Shown here one piece after another: positions 18,533 to 29,490 of a stretch of 64,000 nucleotides of DNA (position 1 is its first letter; each line of letters starts with the position of its first letter). Under the pieces are notes generated by a model. The model was not told where the DNA came from, searched no databases, and worked only from the letters and a program-made list of their open reading frames with translations. The position numbers were made by a program, and so were the translations under genes. Source of the stretch: a virus (Duplodnaviria > Caudoviricetes); IMG/VR virus record IMGVR_UViG_3300001525_000065, positions 32,001 through 96,000 of that record; one strand, 5' to 3'.

Positions 18533-20056
18533 TTATACATCTCCTGTAAACTCTGTTCTGAAGTAGTATACTGGATTGACTATGCCATTCCATCTGTCAG
18601 AATTATAGTTTAATAGTAGTTCAAGGTGCAGATGAGCTCCAGAAGAGTTACCTGTATTACCTATGTATCCCAGTACCTGACCCTTGGTGACTGATTGATT
18701 AGCTACTACATCTATTTTAGACAGATGGGCATATCTCAATGCAACTCCAGCTGATAGTTGATTAGTAGGCAATACATCTGAATCAGTAAGCTTAAGATCT
18801 ATGCAATTGCCATATGACCAATCTAATGCATAAGGACTATCATATACACCTTGTACTACTGACACAACTCCGCTGCATGGAGCTACTACTGGCTGACCAT
18901 GTATATCCCACTGTGATATATCAATACCTCGATGATTAGGATCATAGTTAGTAGGTCCAAATCTCTGAGTAATATTAGTGCAACTAGGCACTACCCAGTT
19001 AAGAGTGAAGTCAGCTGATCTTGCTGACTTATCATATGGAGATTCTACTAGATCAATAATAGTAGATGCACCTGGAGTGGCTATCTCTGTCATCAATCTA
19101 CCATCTTCTTCATAAGTCTTTATAGTCTGATACAAAGATTCAATAATCTCATACTGCTTACTAGACCATCTATGTGTAAGTAGCACTCTATGCATGTCAT
19201 CGATAGAATAGCTAGTTGATAGAAGTCCATCAAGAGATGATAGTTCATCTTTAGTGAACGATGTACTGAGTAATGCATAAAAAGCTCTATTACTAGTGCC
19301 TTGGATACCTACAGTCACTGCATCAGATAGATATTGAGATAGCTGATCTTGAGCATACTTCTTCTGAGCTGATATACCTTCATCGGATTCTAACAAAGTA
19401 GATATCTTCAATGCATTAATTTTATTCACTGCAAAATCAGTGAATCCTTTAGATGCCTCATTAATAGTCCATTTATACATTGATCCTAGATACATCTGAG
19501 TGGCTATCTTATTATCAGTATTGAGATCCATTATGATATTACTGAGATCAGTATCTGACCATAAGAAGAGTCCAAATTTATCATAGGATCCATTGGAATT
19601 TGCCTCAGTAGATCCAAATGTTGTAATTCCACTATCTATGTATGCATCAAGTATTACGGAGCTAAGAGTACCTCCACGTAGCATGGATGGATCAGATGTA
19701 TTAGATACCACATCTGAACCTGCACATAGTGTACCTAGGTAAATTGGGTACCTGATGTCTCCACCTTCAAATCCTACCCATACTACATCATTGACATCTG
19801 GTAATGCAGCTACAGGTGAGTCACTACTTAATAGAGATTTAATGAAGCTAGTTGATTCAGTACCTAGTAATGGAGCACATACCTGAGCCCATGGTAGACC
19901 TTCATACACATTACCCTTAGATCTGTATTCTCTTAATGCTTGATGATACGACGGTATCCATACCTGAATACGACCTAGGCTATCAGGATCTTCATTGGAC
20001 ACTACTATGGCTTTTACTAGTGAGAAGTGATTTTTGAATGTATTCTTATCGATCAT
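18533..20056 (-). CDS. Baseplate spike/hub protein (gp5-like OB fold) with C-terminal M23 peptidase
   Basis: DPDSLGRIQV...LPWA...VWVGFEGGD...P; HRGIDI, YAHL and GNTGNSSGAHLHLE. Confidence 0.88.
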   Translation of the reverse strand: MIDKNTFKNHFSLVKAIVVSNEDPDSLGRIQVWIPSYHQALREYRSKGNVYEGLPWAQVCAPLLGTESTSFIKSLLSSDSPVAALPDVNDVVWVGFEGGDIRYPIYLGTLCAGSDVVSNTSDPSMLRGGTLSSVILDAYIDSGITTFGSTEANSNGSYDKFGLFLWSDTDLSNIIMDLNTDNKIATQMYLGSMYKWTINEASKGFTDFAVNKINALKISTLLESDEGISAQKKYAQDQLSQYLSDAVTVGIQGTSNRAFYALLSTSFTKDELSSLDGLLSTSYSIDDMHRVLLTHRWSSKQYEIIESLYQTIKTYEEDGRLMTEIATPGASTIIDLVESPYDKSARSADFTLNWVVPSCTNITQRFGPTNYDPNHRGIDISQWDIHGQPVVAPCSGVVSVVQGVYDSPYALDWSYGNCIDLKLTDSDVLPTNQLSAGVALRYAHLSKIDVVANQSVTKGQVLGYIGNTGNSSGAHLHLELLLNYNSDRWNGIVNPVYYFRTEFTGDV

Positions 20057-21333
20057 TTACTCACCTCTTCTTGTAACTTGAATAATTCAAAGTTAGTAGT
20101 AAGACCTGAACTATCTAGTCTATCATAAGAAGATAGCACTGCATATGTACCTGCTGTATGATGTTCTTGATTGTGTATCAGTGGCCTTATCTGAAGCTTA
20201 GTAAGTATAGGTATCTCAGTTGGAATACCTATTGTAGATAATGTAGCTTTATATGGATACTCACGAATAAGATCCATCCACTTCTGATCTTTCCATGCAG
20301 CATCAGATGCTAGCTGATCGCCTACTTGCAGGTCATTACTACTTTCTACTGGAGTAGATGTAATTGATCCATCCGACTTAATACCATAAGTAGGTGTAGA
20401 TGACTCTTTTTCTGCATCATAAGACATCAGCACCGATCCATCAAAGTCAGGTCTGAAGTCCCTGATAAGATTAAAATGATTAGACTGAGGTGAGCAATCC
20501 ATCCAATCAAAAATAGTAGGAACTAATTCTGCAGATGGATTGCCTGCAGATGCAGATACCTTACGAATAATGAATTTCTTTTCAGTATCATCTACTTCGT
20601 ATGTATAAGTGAATTTATCTCGAGCATCAGTAGTATCATCTTGAGTCTTATCCACTGCAGATGCCAATACATTATTTATCCATTCTACTAAAGTAGTACG
20701 TGACTTGGATAATCCTAGTAGTTGAAGATCCACTACTTGGTCAGAGCCTACTACATTATCTGGATCAGAGAATTCATACTTGAATTGATCCTCAGTATCA
20801 TCCATGACTTTATTAAATACATTCTGCACTACTTGTGTAGGAGATAGATTCACTGATTCTTCATCAAGCTGAATGGTGATAATCCTGTTATTTAGTGCCA
20901 CAATGCTGCTGTACCCATTCATGCTATATACTAAGAATCCATCACGAATCTCTGCAGTATATTTAGTAAGTAGACCATTGTATATAGGGGATCTCAAAGC
21001 AGTATGGGGCATGGAGTACCCATACTGCAATGAGAACTGAGTCATATCAGCTTCAAGCCCTACTTTAGATAGAATCTTATCTATCTTATTTATATCTTCA
21101 TTAACCTGAGGTCTCCATGCAATGACTAGTGTGAATGAGTTACATAGTCCTGATCCATTCTTCTTATTTTCAAATGATACTACATAGTTATTAGTAGGAT
21201 CATCAGTGCATAGTACCATATCTGGACGATTAGAGTTTCCTAGTACAATTCTGTACCATGGAGCATAGAATGGTGAGTATTGTAGTGTACTAGTTAAAGT
21301 AGATATGAAATCACTGACTGGAGTATCACTCAT
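20053..21333 (-). CDS. Baseplate hub protein (gp27-like)
   Basis: Position next to the gp5-like gene; LQYGY and C-terminal GTYAVLS...TTNFEL. Confidence 0.55.
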   Translation of the reverse strand: MSDTPVSDFISTLTSTLQYSPFYAPWYRIVLGNSNRPDMVLCTDDPTNNYVVSFENKKNGSGLCNSFTLVIAWRPQVNEDINKIDKILSKVGLEADMTQFSLQYGYSMPHTALRSPIYNGLLTKYTAEIRDGFLVYSMNGYSSIVALNNRIITIQLDEESVNLSPTQVVQNVFNKVMDDTEDQFKYEFSDPDNVVGSDQVVDLQLLGLSKSRTTLVEWINNVLASAVDKTQDDTTDARDKFTYTYEVDDTEKKFIIRKVSASAGNPSAELVPTIFDWMDCSPQSNHFNLIRDFRPDFDGSVLMSYDAEKESSTPTYGIKSDGSITSTPVESSNDLQVGDQLASDAAWKDQKWMDLIREYPYKATLSTIGIPTEIPILTKLQIRPLIHNQEHHTAGTYAVLSSYDRLDSSGLTTNFELFKLQEEVSK

Positions 21334-21337
21334 ATAC

Positions 21338-21742
21338 TCACCTCCTCATTAATCCCTTTACTCCAAAAATTGAGGAGATGTTAGGAATTCTCAGTGTAGT
21401 ACCAAGAGGTATCTCAAATGGATCATGTATGTTATTAGCAAGAGCTATGACCCACCATTGTAGTGGAGTTCCATAGACTTTATTGGATATAATATCTAAT
21501 CGATTCTCATTAGTCTTATCAGTAGTGACATACACATCAGCTTCACTCTCAGGTATATCAGTCTTATTAGGTGATTCATAATAAGATTTACTACCATTCT
21601 CAATGACTCTAGTAGCAGTGTATCTACTAGTATAAGGTCTACGAATTGGCTCATCGTACTTAAGCTGATCATAAATAATTCTTAGATGAGCTAGGTATGC
21701 AGGAGAGGTAGCAGCTAATTTACTATCATAATAAACGATCAT
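21338..21742 (-). CDS. LysM-like baseplate protein (gp53-like)
   Basis: RLDIISNKVYGTPLQWWVIALANNI...GTTLRIP. Confidence 0.85.
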   Translation of the reverse strand: MIVYYDSKLAATSPAYLAHLRIIYDQLKYDEPIRRPYTSRYTATRVIENGSKSYYESPNKTDIPESEADVYVTTDKTNENRLDIISNKVYGTPLQWWVIALANNIHDPFEIPLGTTLRIPNISSIFGVKGLMRR

Positions 21743-21744
21743 GA

Positions 21745-22758
21745 TTATCTACCTCCAAATAATGACTTCATAGATGTAATGAATGGTCTGCTAGGAGTGC
21801 CACTGAACTGAGCAGATGGAACTCCTGCAACAACTTCAGTCATTGATACTGAAACTGATACTACTCCGAATGCCGTAGGGCGATTGTAAGCTACATGTCT
21901 TAGTATAGGTCTCTTCCAATCAAAATTGACACTATTTACATACCCAGTAGTTCTGAAGTCATAGAAGCAGAATGTAGTAATAGGTGGTACTAGTCCAGCT
22001 TGATTATCGTACAATGGATACACAGTAGCTCTCAGTGCATTTATGACTGAGTCAATACGTGGAGTATTATCATCGTACAATGTATTATCTTCTTTGAATC
22101 CACCTGAATACGCATTCTCATCTGGATCTCTGGATAGATCGAATGAGAATGATACACTACGTGCACCTGTATCTCCGTAAGCTGCTATTGGTGCGCCTCT
22201 ACCTGGAATAGACTGGCTACTCCAATTAGCAGATGTAGCATCACTTATTGAGTCAGGTACTACTGGTAGCACTATGTATTTATTATCTGGTAGCACTGAG
22301 CTGAAGAAGTAGCATGGATTCTTCTCCATTTCTACTGTCTCAGTGGTCATTGCAGCTCTCTCAAGATATGCTTGCCACTGATCACTACTGGTGAGAGTAG
22401 CTTTCTCACGAAACGGGTTCGCTGATTCAGGTATCCTACCTATGATGCCACCTGTATTCTGCCATTCTCTATTCTCAGTAGCTAACTCAATGATAAGAGC
22501 TTTATTAGCAGCTTTAGTGGCTACCACTTCATCAGAATCACTTGGTAATGGTTTAGTCCATAGATCTACTGATGCTAGAACTGATGGAGGCATTAGATCA
22601 CCATTAGTGCCATTATTAAGGTAGTCTAGCAAGATGCCACTTTTACCTAGTGATGCAAAGCTACTACCTGGTAAGCTACTAGCCCATGTCTCTTGCTTAT
22701 ACCATCCAACAATTAGATGACCTGCATCATAGTTACTGAGAGTCTCAGAAGAACTCAT
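21745..22758 (-). CDS. Tail tube initiator-like baseplate protein
   Basis: PDSISD...W...IPGRGAPI...Y...R.VSFSF...YP...PP pattern. Confidence 0.6.
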   Translation of the reverse strand: MSSSETLSNYDAGHLIVGWYKQETWASSLPGSSFASLGKSGILLDYLNNGTNGDLMPPSVLASVDLWTKPLPSDSDEVVATKAANKALIIELATENREWQNTGGIIGRIPESANPFREKATLTSSDQWQAYLERAAMTTETVEMEKNPCYFFSSVLPDNKYIVLPVVPDSISDATSANWSSQSIPGRGAPIAAYGDTGARSVSFSFDLSRDPDENAYSGGFKEDNTLYDDNTPRIDSVINALRATVYPLYDNQAGLVPPITTFCFYDFRTTGYVNSVNFDWKRPILRHVAYNRPTAFGVVSVSVSMTEVVAGVPSAQFSGTPSRPFITSMKSLFGGR

Positions 22759-23698
22759 AGTAATCCATCTCCTCTCCTAGATTTAGTGCATTCATCTCCA
22801 TATAATTCTCTACCTTAGGAGTGAAGAATCCAAAATTGAATACATCAGCATTATCACCTAAATTATCTTCTATATTATCAATAAGTGAGGTGAGTTGACT
22901 ATCCCATACACCTACTTGAGTACTCAAGTATCCTGCCTGATCTGCCATAGCTTTCTGTACATACCAAATGTCATCTGGAGTACTTATAGGAGTTATGCAG
23001 TGATCCAGTAGATATGGAATAAATTCATCATGTAAGATCCATGGATTTTTGTTATACACTGTCCTCAAGTAGTCCATCTCACTAGTACTAGTGGACGACA
23101 ATAAGAATGCAGTCAGATCAGTAGGTAGTGGAATACCTATGATCATGTATTTCCATACACCATAGGTATCAGCATCTTTAGTAGAATCAGGATCTCTTAG
23201 AATAGTGGATAGATCAAATGATGCATAAGTAGTAGAAGATGCATTCATAATAGATGACCATACGCCAGTACCCGGAGTTTTATCAGTGCTATCAACAAGT
23301 ATCTTATAGATAGATGATCTGGATGTGAATCGATACTTCACATTCATAGGAGGAAAATTAGCAACAAGAGGTGAGTCTTGTACATCTAAGTAAGAGACTG
23401 GAATAATAAAGCATCTGTACTTAGTAGAATCAGTTTTAGATGAGAAGACTCTGAAATCATCTTGCTCATCATAGTACTCAGTAGGACATCTATTAAACAT
23501 TGTGAGAAGCGAAGAATAGACACTTGCAGATGCATCACCTGCATTATACAGTAGCTCCTGATAGTAGTTTAGTAGAAGCTGATGGCACTCAGAGGTATAT
23601 TCATTATCTAGATGATAAGTCTGTCTGAATAGTTCTGACTTATCCTGCAATAAGGAGTAGATGTATTGAACTACATAACCTTTATCACCAATATTCAT
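22745..23698 (-). CDS. Hypothetical tail-region protein
   Basis: 317-aa ORF within the tail operon. Confidence 0.7.
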   Translation of the reverse strand: MNIGDKGYVVQYIYSLLQDKSELFRQTYHLDNEYTSECHQLLLNYYQELLYNAGDASASVYSSLLTMFNRCPTEYYDEQDDFRVFSSKTDSTKYRCFIIPVSYLDVQDSPLVANFPPMNVKYRFTSRSSIYKILVDSTDKTPGTGVWSSIMNASSTTYASFDLSTILRDPDSTKDADTYGVWKYMIIGIPLPTDLTAFLLSSTSTSEMDYLRTVYNKNPWILHDEFIPYLLDHCITPISTPDDIWYVQKAMADQAGYLSTQVGVWDSQLTSLIDNIEDNLGDNADVFNFGFFTPKVENYMEMNALNLGEEMDYYEFF

Positions 23699-23713
23699 TA
23701 TACATCTACCTCC

Positions 23714-26449
23714 TTATGCCATAGCCCATCTGACCATGGAGATCATATTATCATTATAACCTATGGATCCAGGTAACTTTACATCAAGACTACCATTACC
23801 ATTCGATGTAGCAGAGACTGATGAAGAAATAGCAGGTAATAGCTGTCCTACTGCCCACTTAATGGCGTCTATGATTTCAGTGGATGACTTATTCTGATTG
23901 GAATAATAAGTGGACATAGTAGACGATGCATTCTGACCGATGGTACGAAGTAGAGCTGAGTCAGCTTTAGTAAGTACCATTTCACCTTCATGAATGGTAG
24001 CTATCTGGTCATGAGTAATGTAGTCAGAACCTATTGCGTAGCTAGCACCCTTCCCACCATGTCTGCCTTTATATCCTTCTGCCCTACTACTCATCCAGTC
24101 AGACCATGCAGATAAATTAGATGAAGAGATTCCAAGGAGCTCATAATATTCTGGATTATTCAAGATATTACCGAGTTGTCTATAAACATTCTCTACTTGA
24201 TTAGCAGTTAGATATTGAGCATTCTCATAAATATCACCAAAGGCTTGCAATGCTGATATAGCATCTGATAGTTGTGACTCTGCTTTAGATATCTTAGTAG
24301 AATCTCCTGATTCATATGCTTTAGTATATGCTTCTTTAGCAGAATAGTATGCAGATTTAGCAAGACCCCAGTCTTCTCCAAGTGTCTCTGAGCCAGCAAA
24401 TTCACGTACCTGTGACTCAGCTACTTGCTGCTGTACTGCATACGTCTCTTTCAGTACTTGCAATTGTACCTTCTGCTCAGTAGTCAGTGATTCATAACTA
24501 TCAGTGAGTGACTTAATCGTACTTTGAGTATCAGCTGCCTTATTTAGGTCACTAATGCTCTGAGATAGCTTATTCACTCTCTCTATGGTTTTCTCATAAG
24601 GAGAGTCATAGAATGCAGAAGCTACTTGTCCTATTACTGCGCCTGCTAATGCGCCTACGCCTACGCCAATGGGACCACCTACTGCTCCAATAGCTGCACC
24701 AATAGCTGCACCACCTAGAGCTCCTCCTGCCTTGAGAACACCACGAGTTTTCTCGCCTTCACCTGCTACGCCTGATTGTGAACCAGTAAAATCTTTTATG
24801 CCCTCATAAGCAGTATAAACACCTGCTAGCACACCTGCCCCAGCAGCTACTGATGACAAAGCACTTCCTGCAGCTGCAGTTGATCCTCCTATCAGCTTAC
24901 TACCTACTCCAGTTTGCAGAGCTTTAGTGAGAATGCCACCTTTGCCAGATGCTCCTATGCCTTTACCTAGTAGTGAGATGCCTTGACCACTTACTATTGC
25001 ACCAAAGATCATCCATAACAGATTAGTGATAGGCTGAGCTATGTCTTTAGTCCACATACCTAGCATCTTAGCACCTAGATTCTCTACTGAGTTATTCAGC
25101 TTATCAGTGTTATGAACTACATCTTCAATTTGTGATACTTGCTGATTGTAGAATGCTTTAGCATCTTTAGCAGTTTGAGAAGAAGTTTTCTCTAGTCCTG
25201 CTCGTACACTAGCTAAGACCTCAGGAGTAGTAGCAGACAAGGACCAGCCCATTGCAGATGCCATTGCACCTGTGTCTATTTTATTAGTTGCTCGAGTGCC
25301 AAGACCATAAGAACGTTGTAGTCCTTCTATGCCTGAGCCACCACGAGCTACATCCATTCCTGCTAAGATTGCTGTAGGTGATCCACTAGTTAGGGCAGCG
25401 AATGGATTCTTGCTAGCTGATATAGCAGTCTTGACAATATCATAGGCTTCTCGTTCAGATACTCCCTCTGCTACTAAGCCTTCTAGTACACTTTGGTATT
25501 CGCCCATGTCTCTAGCACTTGTATTGTACTCAATATCACGTAGCAATGGTTCTAGCTCATCAGTAAGTGAATTAATGACGCCTGACTGCAGTAGTCGACT
25601 ACCTGCCTCAGTTTGCTTGAGCAGTAGCTGCTGACCTTTCAAGGTCTGTATGTTAGATTCACTCAAATTAGCATACAAGTTAGTCCATGCAGCTGACTGA
25701 GTTTCTAGATATGGCATTATCTTACTAGCTATTACATCATCAGTAGCCTTAGTAATGGCTTTACTACCCTGAAGACCAGTACTAGCGACTTTTTCTAATG
25801 CAGGTAATAGATCCCTAGTAATGTTATAAGCCCTAGATCCAATAGAGCTATCTAACTGGTCAATTGATGATGAGATGATGGTAGTAAGACCTTTATAATT
25901 AGTATTGAATGCAGTAGTGTACTTATTATAATTCTGAGTATAAGTCTTGACAAACTGATCAGCACCATCTAAGAATGTCTTGAAGAATTCTTTTACTACA
26001 GTAGTTATGATATCTAGTCTCTCAACTACTTTTTCATCATTCTTGTCTTTCTTATCCTTATCTTTGTCACTAGGAGGCGAAGAAGAAGGAGTAGTGCCGC
26101 CATTACCATTATGAGGTATGTTAGCAGCTCCACCCCATATCTGAGCAATCTTATCATGAGCAGCTTTCTCACGATTAACTAGATTAGTCAGATATTGAGA
26201 ATGCTGATGAGACAGATCTTTATACATACGAGTGTATGTAGCTTTAGCAGATTTCTCAACTGCACCTAGATAAGTCTTATGCTGATTACTCAGATTCTGA
26301 TAGATCTTCTTAGCATCATCTCTAGCTTGAGTTACATTAAATGAGAAGGTATTTAGAGTAGTATCGATCTCTGACTGAATAGGACTTCTATTCTTATCTC
26401 TTGATCTATTACGATCAACTCGAGACCGATTCTCATCATTGGTTGCCAT
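23714..26449 (-). CDS. Tape measure protein
   Basis: Long helical Ala/Gly-rich protein with hydrophobic segments and IATIHEGEMVL; downstream of tube and chaperone genes. Confidence 0.8.
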   Translation of the reverse strand: MATNDENRSRVDRNRSRDKNRSPIQSEIDTTLNTFSFNVTQARDDAKKIYQNLSNQHKTYLGAVEKSAKATYTRMYKDLSHQHSQYLTNLVNREKAAHDKIAQIWGGAANIPHNGNGGTTPSSSPPSDKDKDKKDKNDEKVVERLDIITTVVKEFFKTFLDGADQFVKTYTQNYNKYTTAFNTNYKGLTTIISSSIDQLDSSIGSRAYNITRDLLPALEKVASTGLQGSKAITKATDDVIASKIMPYLETQSAAWTNLYANLSESNIQTLKGQQLLLKQTEAGSRLLQSGVINSLTDELEPLLRDIEYNTSARDMGEYQSVLEGLVAEGVSEREAYDIVKTAISASKNPFAALTSGSPTAILAGMDVARGGSGIEGLQRSYGLGTRATNKIDTGAMASAMGWSLSATTPEVLASVRAGLEKTSSQTAKDAKAFYNQQVSQIEDVVHNTDKLNNSVENLGAKMLGMWTKDIAQPITNLLWMIFGAIVSGQGISLLGKGIGASGKGGILTKALQTGVGSKLIGGSTAAAGSALSSVAAGAGVLAGVYTAYEGIKDFTGSQSGVAGEGEKTRGVLKAGGALGGAAIGAAIGAVGGPIGVGVGALAGAVIGQVASAFYDSPYEKTIERVNKLSQSISDLNKAADTQSTIKSLTDSYESLTTEQKVQLQVLKETYAVQQQVAESQVREFAGSETLGEDWGLAKSAYYSAKEAYTKAYESGDSTKISKAESQLSDAISALQAFGDIYENAQYLTANQVENVYRQLGNILNNPEYYELLGISSSNLSAWSDWMSSRAEGYKGRHGGKGASYAIGSDYITHDQIATIHEGEMVLTKADSALLRTIGQNASSTMSTYYSNQNKSSTEIIDAIKWAVGQLLPAISSSVSATSNGNGSLDVKLPGSIGYNDNMISMVRWAMA

Positions 26450-26482
26450 TAGTCATATATGCCTCCTCTCATTATAAATATC

Positions 26483-26698
26483 TTATTGTGGTGATGAAGT
26501 AGATTCTCTTTCTATCTCTTTGATCTTCATTAGATTCTTAAGAATCAATTTACGTTCATGAGGTGATACATCATCGGTGTAGTCCATTGAAATACCACCT
26601 TGAGACAGATAACTAATCATCACTTGTTCTTCTATGATATCTTCATAGATTAATACTTTATATGGAGTACCAGAGTCATCAGTCGAAACTGGGTCGAA
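26483..26698 (-). CDS. Unannotated open frame (gp51-like), probably reached by a +1 frameshift from 26679-27440
   Basis: 72-codon open frame FDPVSTDDSGTPYKVLIYEDIIEEQVMISYLSQGGISMDYTDDVSPHERKLILKNL...; no SD-linked start; overlaps TTC TTT CGA. Confidence 0.55.
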   Translation of the reverse strand, partial: FDPVSTDDSGTPYKVLIYEDIIEEQVMISYLSQGGISMDYTDDVSPHERKLILKNLMKIKEIERESTSSPQ

Positions 26699-27440
26699 AG
26701 AACTCAGTAGTCACAGGTAGTGAATACTGAACCTCCCCTCCGCACTCAGGACAGATGTCTATCCTAGACAGATCCATACCAATGCTATTGACTACTTTCT
26801 CATACTTACTACGCAGGTATGCACCATCTTTAGCATGCATGGATTCGATATAACTCTGGATATCTTTCTTAAGTACTTCAGCTCCATTAACTGTCTTAAT
26901 GATATATTTCCATCTGATAATGAATTCAGGATCACCTACGTACTCAGGGAATTTACTGAGAATACGTTTAGACTCATTCTGAATGGCAGTGATATCTGAT
27001 GCACTCTGCAGTGCACATTCTACTACATCTCCACTTACAGGCAATGTAATGGTGAGCTGCTCATGTATGTCATCAGGTACTGGATTAACAGGTATATCGC
27101 TAAGCAGCATTTCTGCAGTGAAGACATGGCCACATTCTGGGCATCTGAGTTCTACTTTGTATTCAGGTCCATAAGTAGCAATACGTAGCATATACATAAG
27201 ATACTGAATATCAAACATCTTAAGTTCTGCTACGTCTAGATCTTTAGGTTCTATCATGCACTGCTTAATAAGCTGAGGAATAATAAGAATACCATTGGAT
27301 GATGACAGTCGTAGCTTCTCATCAAGAGTAGACATAGCACGAAGTGTTACTACCTCTGGTACTTTGAAATCATAAATGTTACTACCACCTGAACTAGGCA
27401 GTGTATAGGACTCGTGAATACTTACTTTCTTATCTGACAT
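26679..27440 (-). CDS. Tail/baseplate assembly chaperone (T4 gp26-like) with two CPEC motifs
   Basis: LPS, LRIATYG, CPECG twice, ends EFFRP; between tail tube and tape measure. Confidence 0.75.
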   Translation of the reverse strand: MSDKKVSIHESYTLPSSGGSNIYDFKVPEVVTLRAMSTLDEKLRLSSSNGILIIPQLIKQCMIEPKDLDVAELKMFDIQYLMYMLRIATYGPEYKVELRCPECGHVFTAEMLLSDIPVNPVPDDIHEQLTITLPVSGDVVECALQSASDITAIQNESKRILSKFPEYVGDPEFIIRWKYIIKTVNGAEVLKKDIQSYIESMHAKDGAYLRSKYEKVVNSIGMDLSRIDICPECGGEVQYSLPVTTEFFRPSFD

Positions 27441-27478
27441 AATTTATAACCTCCATTAATAAATTATTAGTCATTTAT

Positions 27479-27606
27479 ACATAATGCCTCTAGAGCCTCT
27501 AGAACGTCCTAGGAGCCTCGTTAGTGTCAAGGGGACAACCGTACCCCTATATGCACTAACGAGGTCTAGAGAGCTCCTAGACGTGCTAGAGCGCTAAGTG
27601 AACGTT
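27479..27606. repeat. Dispersed quasi-palindromic repeat, copy 3
   Basis: cctcgttagtg...cactaacgagg arms; shares ~30 bp flank ctccattaataaattattagtcatttatacataa with copy 2. Confidence 0.9.
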
Positions 27607-27640
27607 CATACGAAGCTAACTCTTACTAATTGTGAATAAA

Positions 27641-28252
27641 TCAGAGTGAGCTAAATGGTAGCTCTTCTCCATCAGCAGGATAGCAGTAGTCATAGATTAT
27701 AGTGCCAGTGATGCGACGCACACTATTATCATCAGAGCTGTAGTCACCCATACTAAGATTAGAGAGCCATGCACCTTTGATTACCCACTGACGAGCAACT
27801 GTACCATCAGGTGAGTACTGGTTTACCCATGCATTCTTCTTGTATCTACTAGCTAGTCCTACTGCCTGAGTGCGAATGTCATAAGACTGCTTCTGCCATG
27901 CCATAAGTATCTTTTCTGTATCGATACCAATGTAGTCATTGAGAGTAATGGAGCAATCACTGAATTCTGGTACTCCAGCGTACTTCACTGCATTGTTACC
28001 TCTACGAATCTGAATGTTAGAGATGTTCACACTCGGAGGAGTGAAGCTAGATGCTGCAAGAGTGATGTATCCAGATGAAGCAGCTGCATCAAGTGCAGTA
28101 CCATTCCATGCTGTCTGAAGAGGAGTGTTGTTAGGTCCACCTAGGTCAACATAAACCTCGTAGTTATTAGTTCTCTGAGGCTCATATTCATTCTTACCTA
28201 CCATGTGATAGGTACCTAGATACCCATTAAAAGTTTTGATATCGTTAGCCAT
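27641..28252 (-). CDS. Tail tube protein (gp19-like)
   Basis: YEPQRTNNY, YAG, YKK...QYSPDG...W...GAW...YD. Confidence 0.88.
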   Translation of the reverse strand: MANDIKTFNGYLGTYHMVGKNEYEPQRTNNYEVYVDLGGPNNTPLQTAWNGTALDAAASSGYITLAASSFTPPSVNISNIQIRRGNNAVKYAGVPEFSDCSITLNDYIGIDTEKILMAWQKQSYDIRTQAVGLASRYKKNAWVNQYSPDGTVARQWVIKGAWLSNLSMGDYSSDDNSVRRITGTIIYDYCYPADGEELPFSSL

Positions 28253-28275
28253 AATTATCTATCTCCTTTCATCCA

Positions 28276-29490
28276 TTAGTCCTCAAACGTAACTGCCTGA
28301 GGCTCAATGTAGAAGTCAACTACGATATCTTCTACTATGTTGACTACTGAGATATATACCTTACCACGGAGTCTATTAGCAGCAAGATCATCGGGAGTTG
28401 TAGTAGTCTCGTCCATGATGATACGGTAGTCAGTTATACCACGGTCAGCCTGAATAGCCTCAAGAGTATTACCAAGTCGAGTCTTGAAGAGTGTCCATGT
28501 ATTGACCTCATTCTGATCAAACATGAGTCCAATACCTACATTGAAAATAGCCTTTTTGATGACATTGGTAACAAGAGTAGTATTTATATTTCTGAATGAT
28601 GACTGAGGATCACCATACTTCATGGTACGCTGACCGAAGATGGTATATCCATAGTTACGAATGTTCATTATAGGATTGACAGGGTGTTTACCACTAGGTA
28701 CATTATTCTGCCATGCATCAAGTGTAGCACCTGATATCTCGTAATCAGGATCACTTGCATTTCTAACAGTCATTCTTGATACACCTGCTGGAGGATACCA
28801 AATGTTACGGGACTGAAGGCTCTCAGCGAGAGTTACTAGGAATACGAATGCACCATCCATCTTAGTTGCTACTCCCATAATTGGTACCTTAATGCTAGGA
28901 CCATAAGGAGCAGTCATGAATTCCGATGTAAGCGTAGTACCTAGAGCTGAGTTAGCATCAGCCTGAGAGCATCCATTGTAGAGACCTACAACTACCATGC
29001 AGTCAGCTCTACTAGTAGCGACTGTATTAAGGTTTGTATAGACCTTAACATAATTGGTACTAAGGCTAGCAGTATCACTAGGTACTCCTGCACAAAGTCC
29101 ACCATCAGTAAGGAAATCTACATCATAGAGGAACTTGTCAGTGATAGCCATCTGAGTGGTATCAGTAGCAAGTGCACTAATGGCATCTGCAGCAGTAGCT
29201 ACTGCAGTACCACCTGTCTTAGTGAGAGGTTTGACTAGTAGTGCATAACCCTTAGCCAGTAGACCCTTAGCATAATTGTAGCTTATGAGCTGAACAGTAT
29301 CAGTAGGAGCAGTGTTAGCAGTGTAGTAAGATGTCTCTAGCTGATTGAGAGTAGTTACTCTCTTGTACACATCTGACTCACCTTCAGGTATCTGCTTTAC
29401 TACTAGTGGTACATACACAGTGAATCCATTAGTAGCTTCAGTCCTAGCGAATACTGACTCATCATAAGTATTAATTGTAATACTAGGCAT
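28276..29490 (-). CDS. Tail sheath protein (gp18-like)
   Basis: WYPPAG, VNPI, IFGQRT, RGITDYRIIMDE sheath motifs. Confidence 0.92.
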   Translation of the reverse strand: MPSITINTYDESVFARTEATNGFTVYVPLVVKQIPEGESDVYKRVTTLNQLETSYYTANTAPTDTVQLISYNYAKGLLAKGYALLVKPLTKTGGTAVATAADAISALATDTTQMAITDKFLYDVDFLTDGGLCAGVPSDTASLSTNYVKVYTNLNTVATSRADCMVVVGLYNGCSQADANSALGTTLTSEFMTAPYGPSIKVPIMGVATKMDGAFVFLVTLAESLQSRNIWYPPAGVSRMTVRNASDPDYEISGATLDAWQNNVPSGKHPVNPIMNIRNYGYTIFGQRTMKYGDPQSSFRNINTTLVTNVIKKAIFNVGIGLMFDQNEVNTWTLFKTRLGNTLEAIQADRGITDYRIIMDETTTTPDDLAANRLRGKVYISVVNIVEDIVVDFYIEPQAVTFED

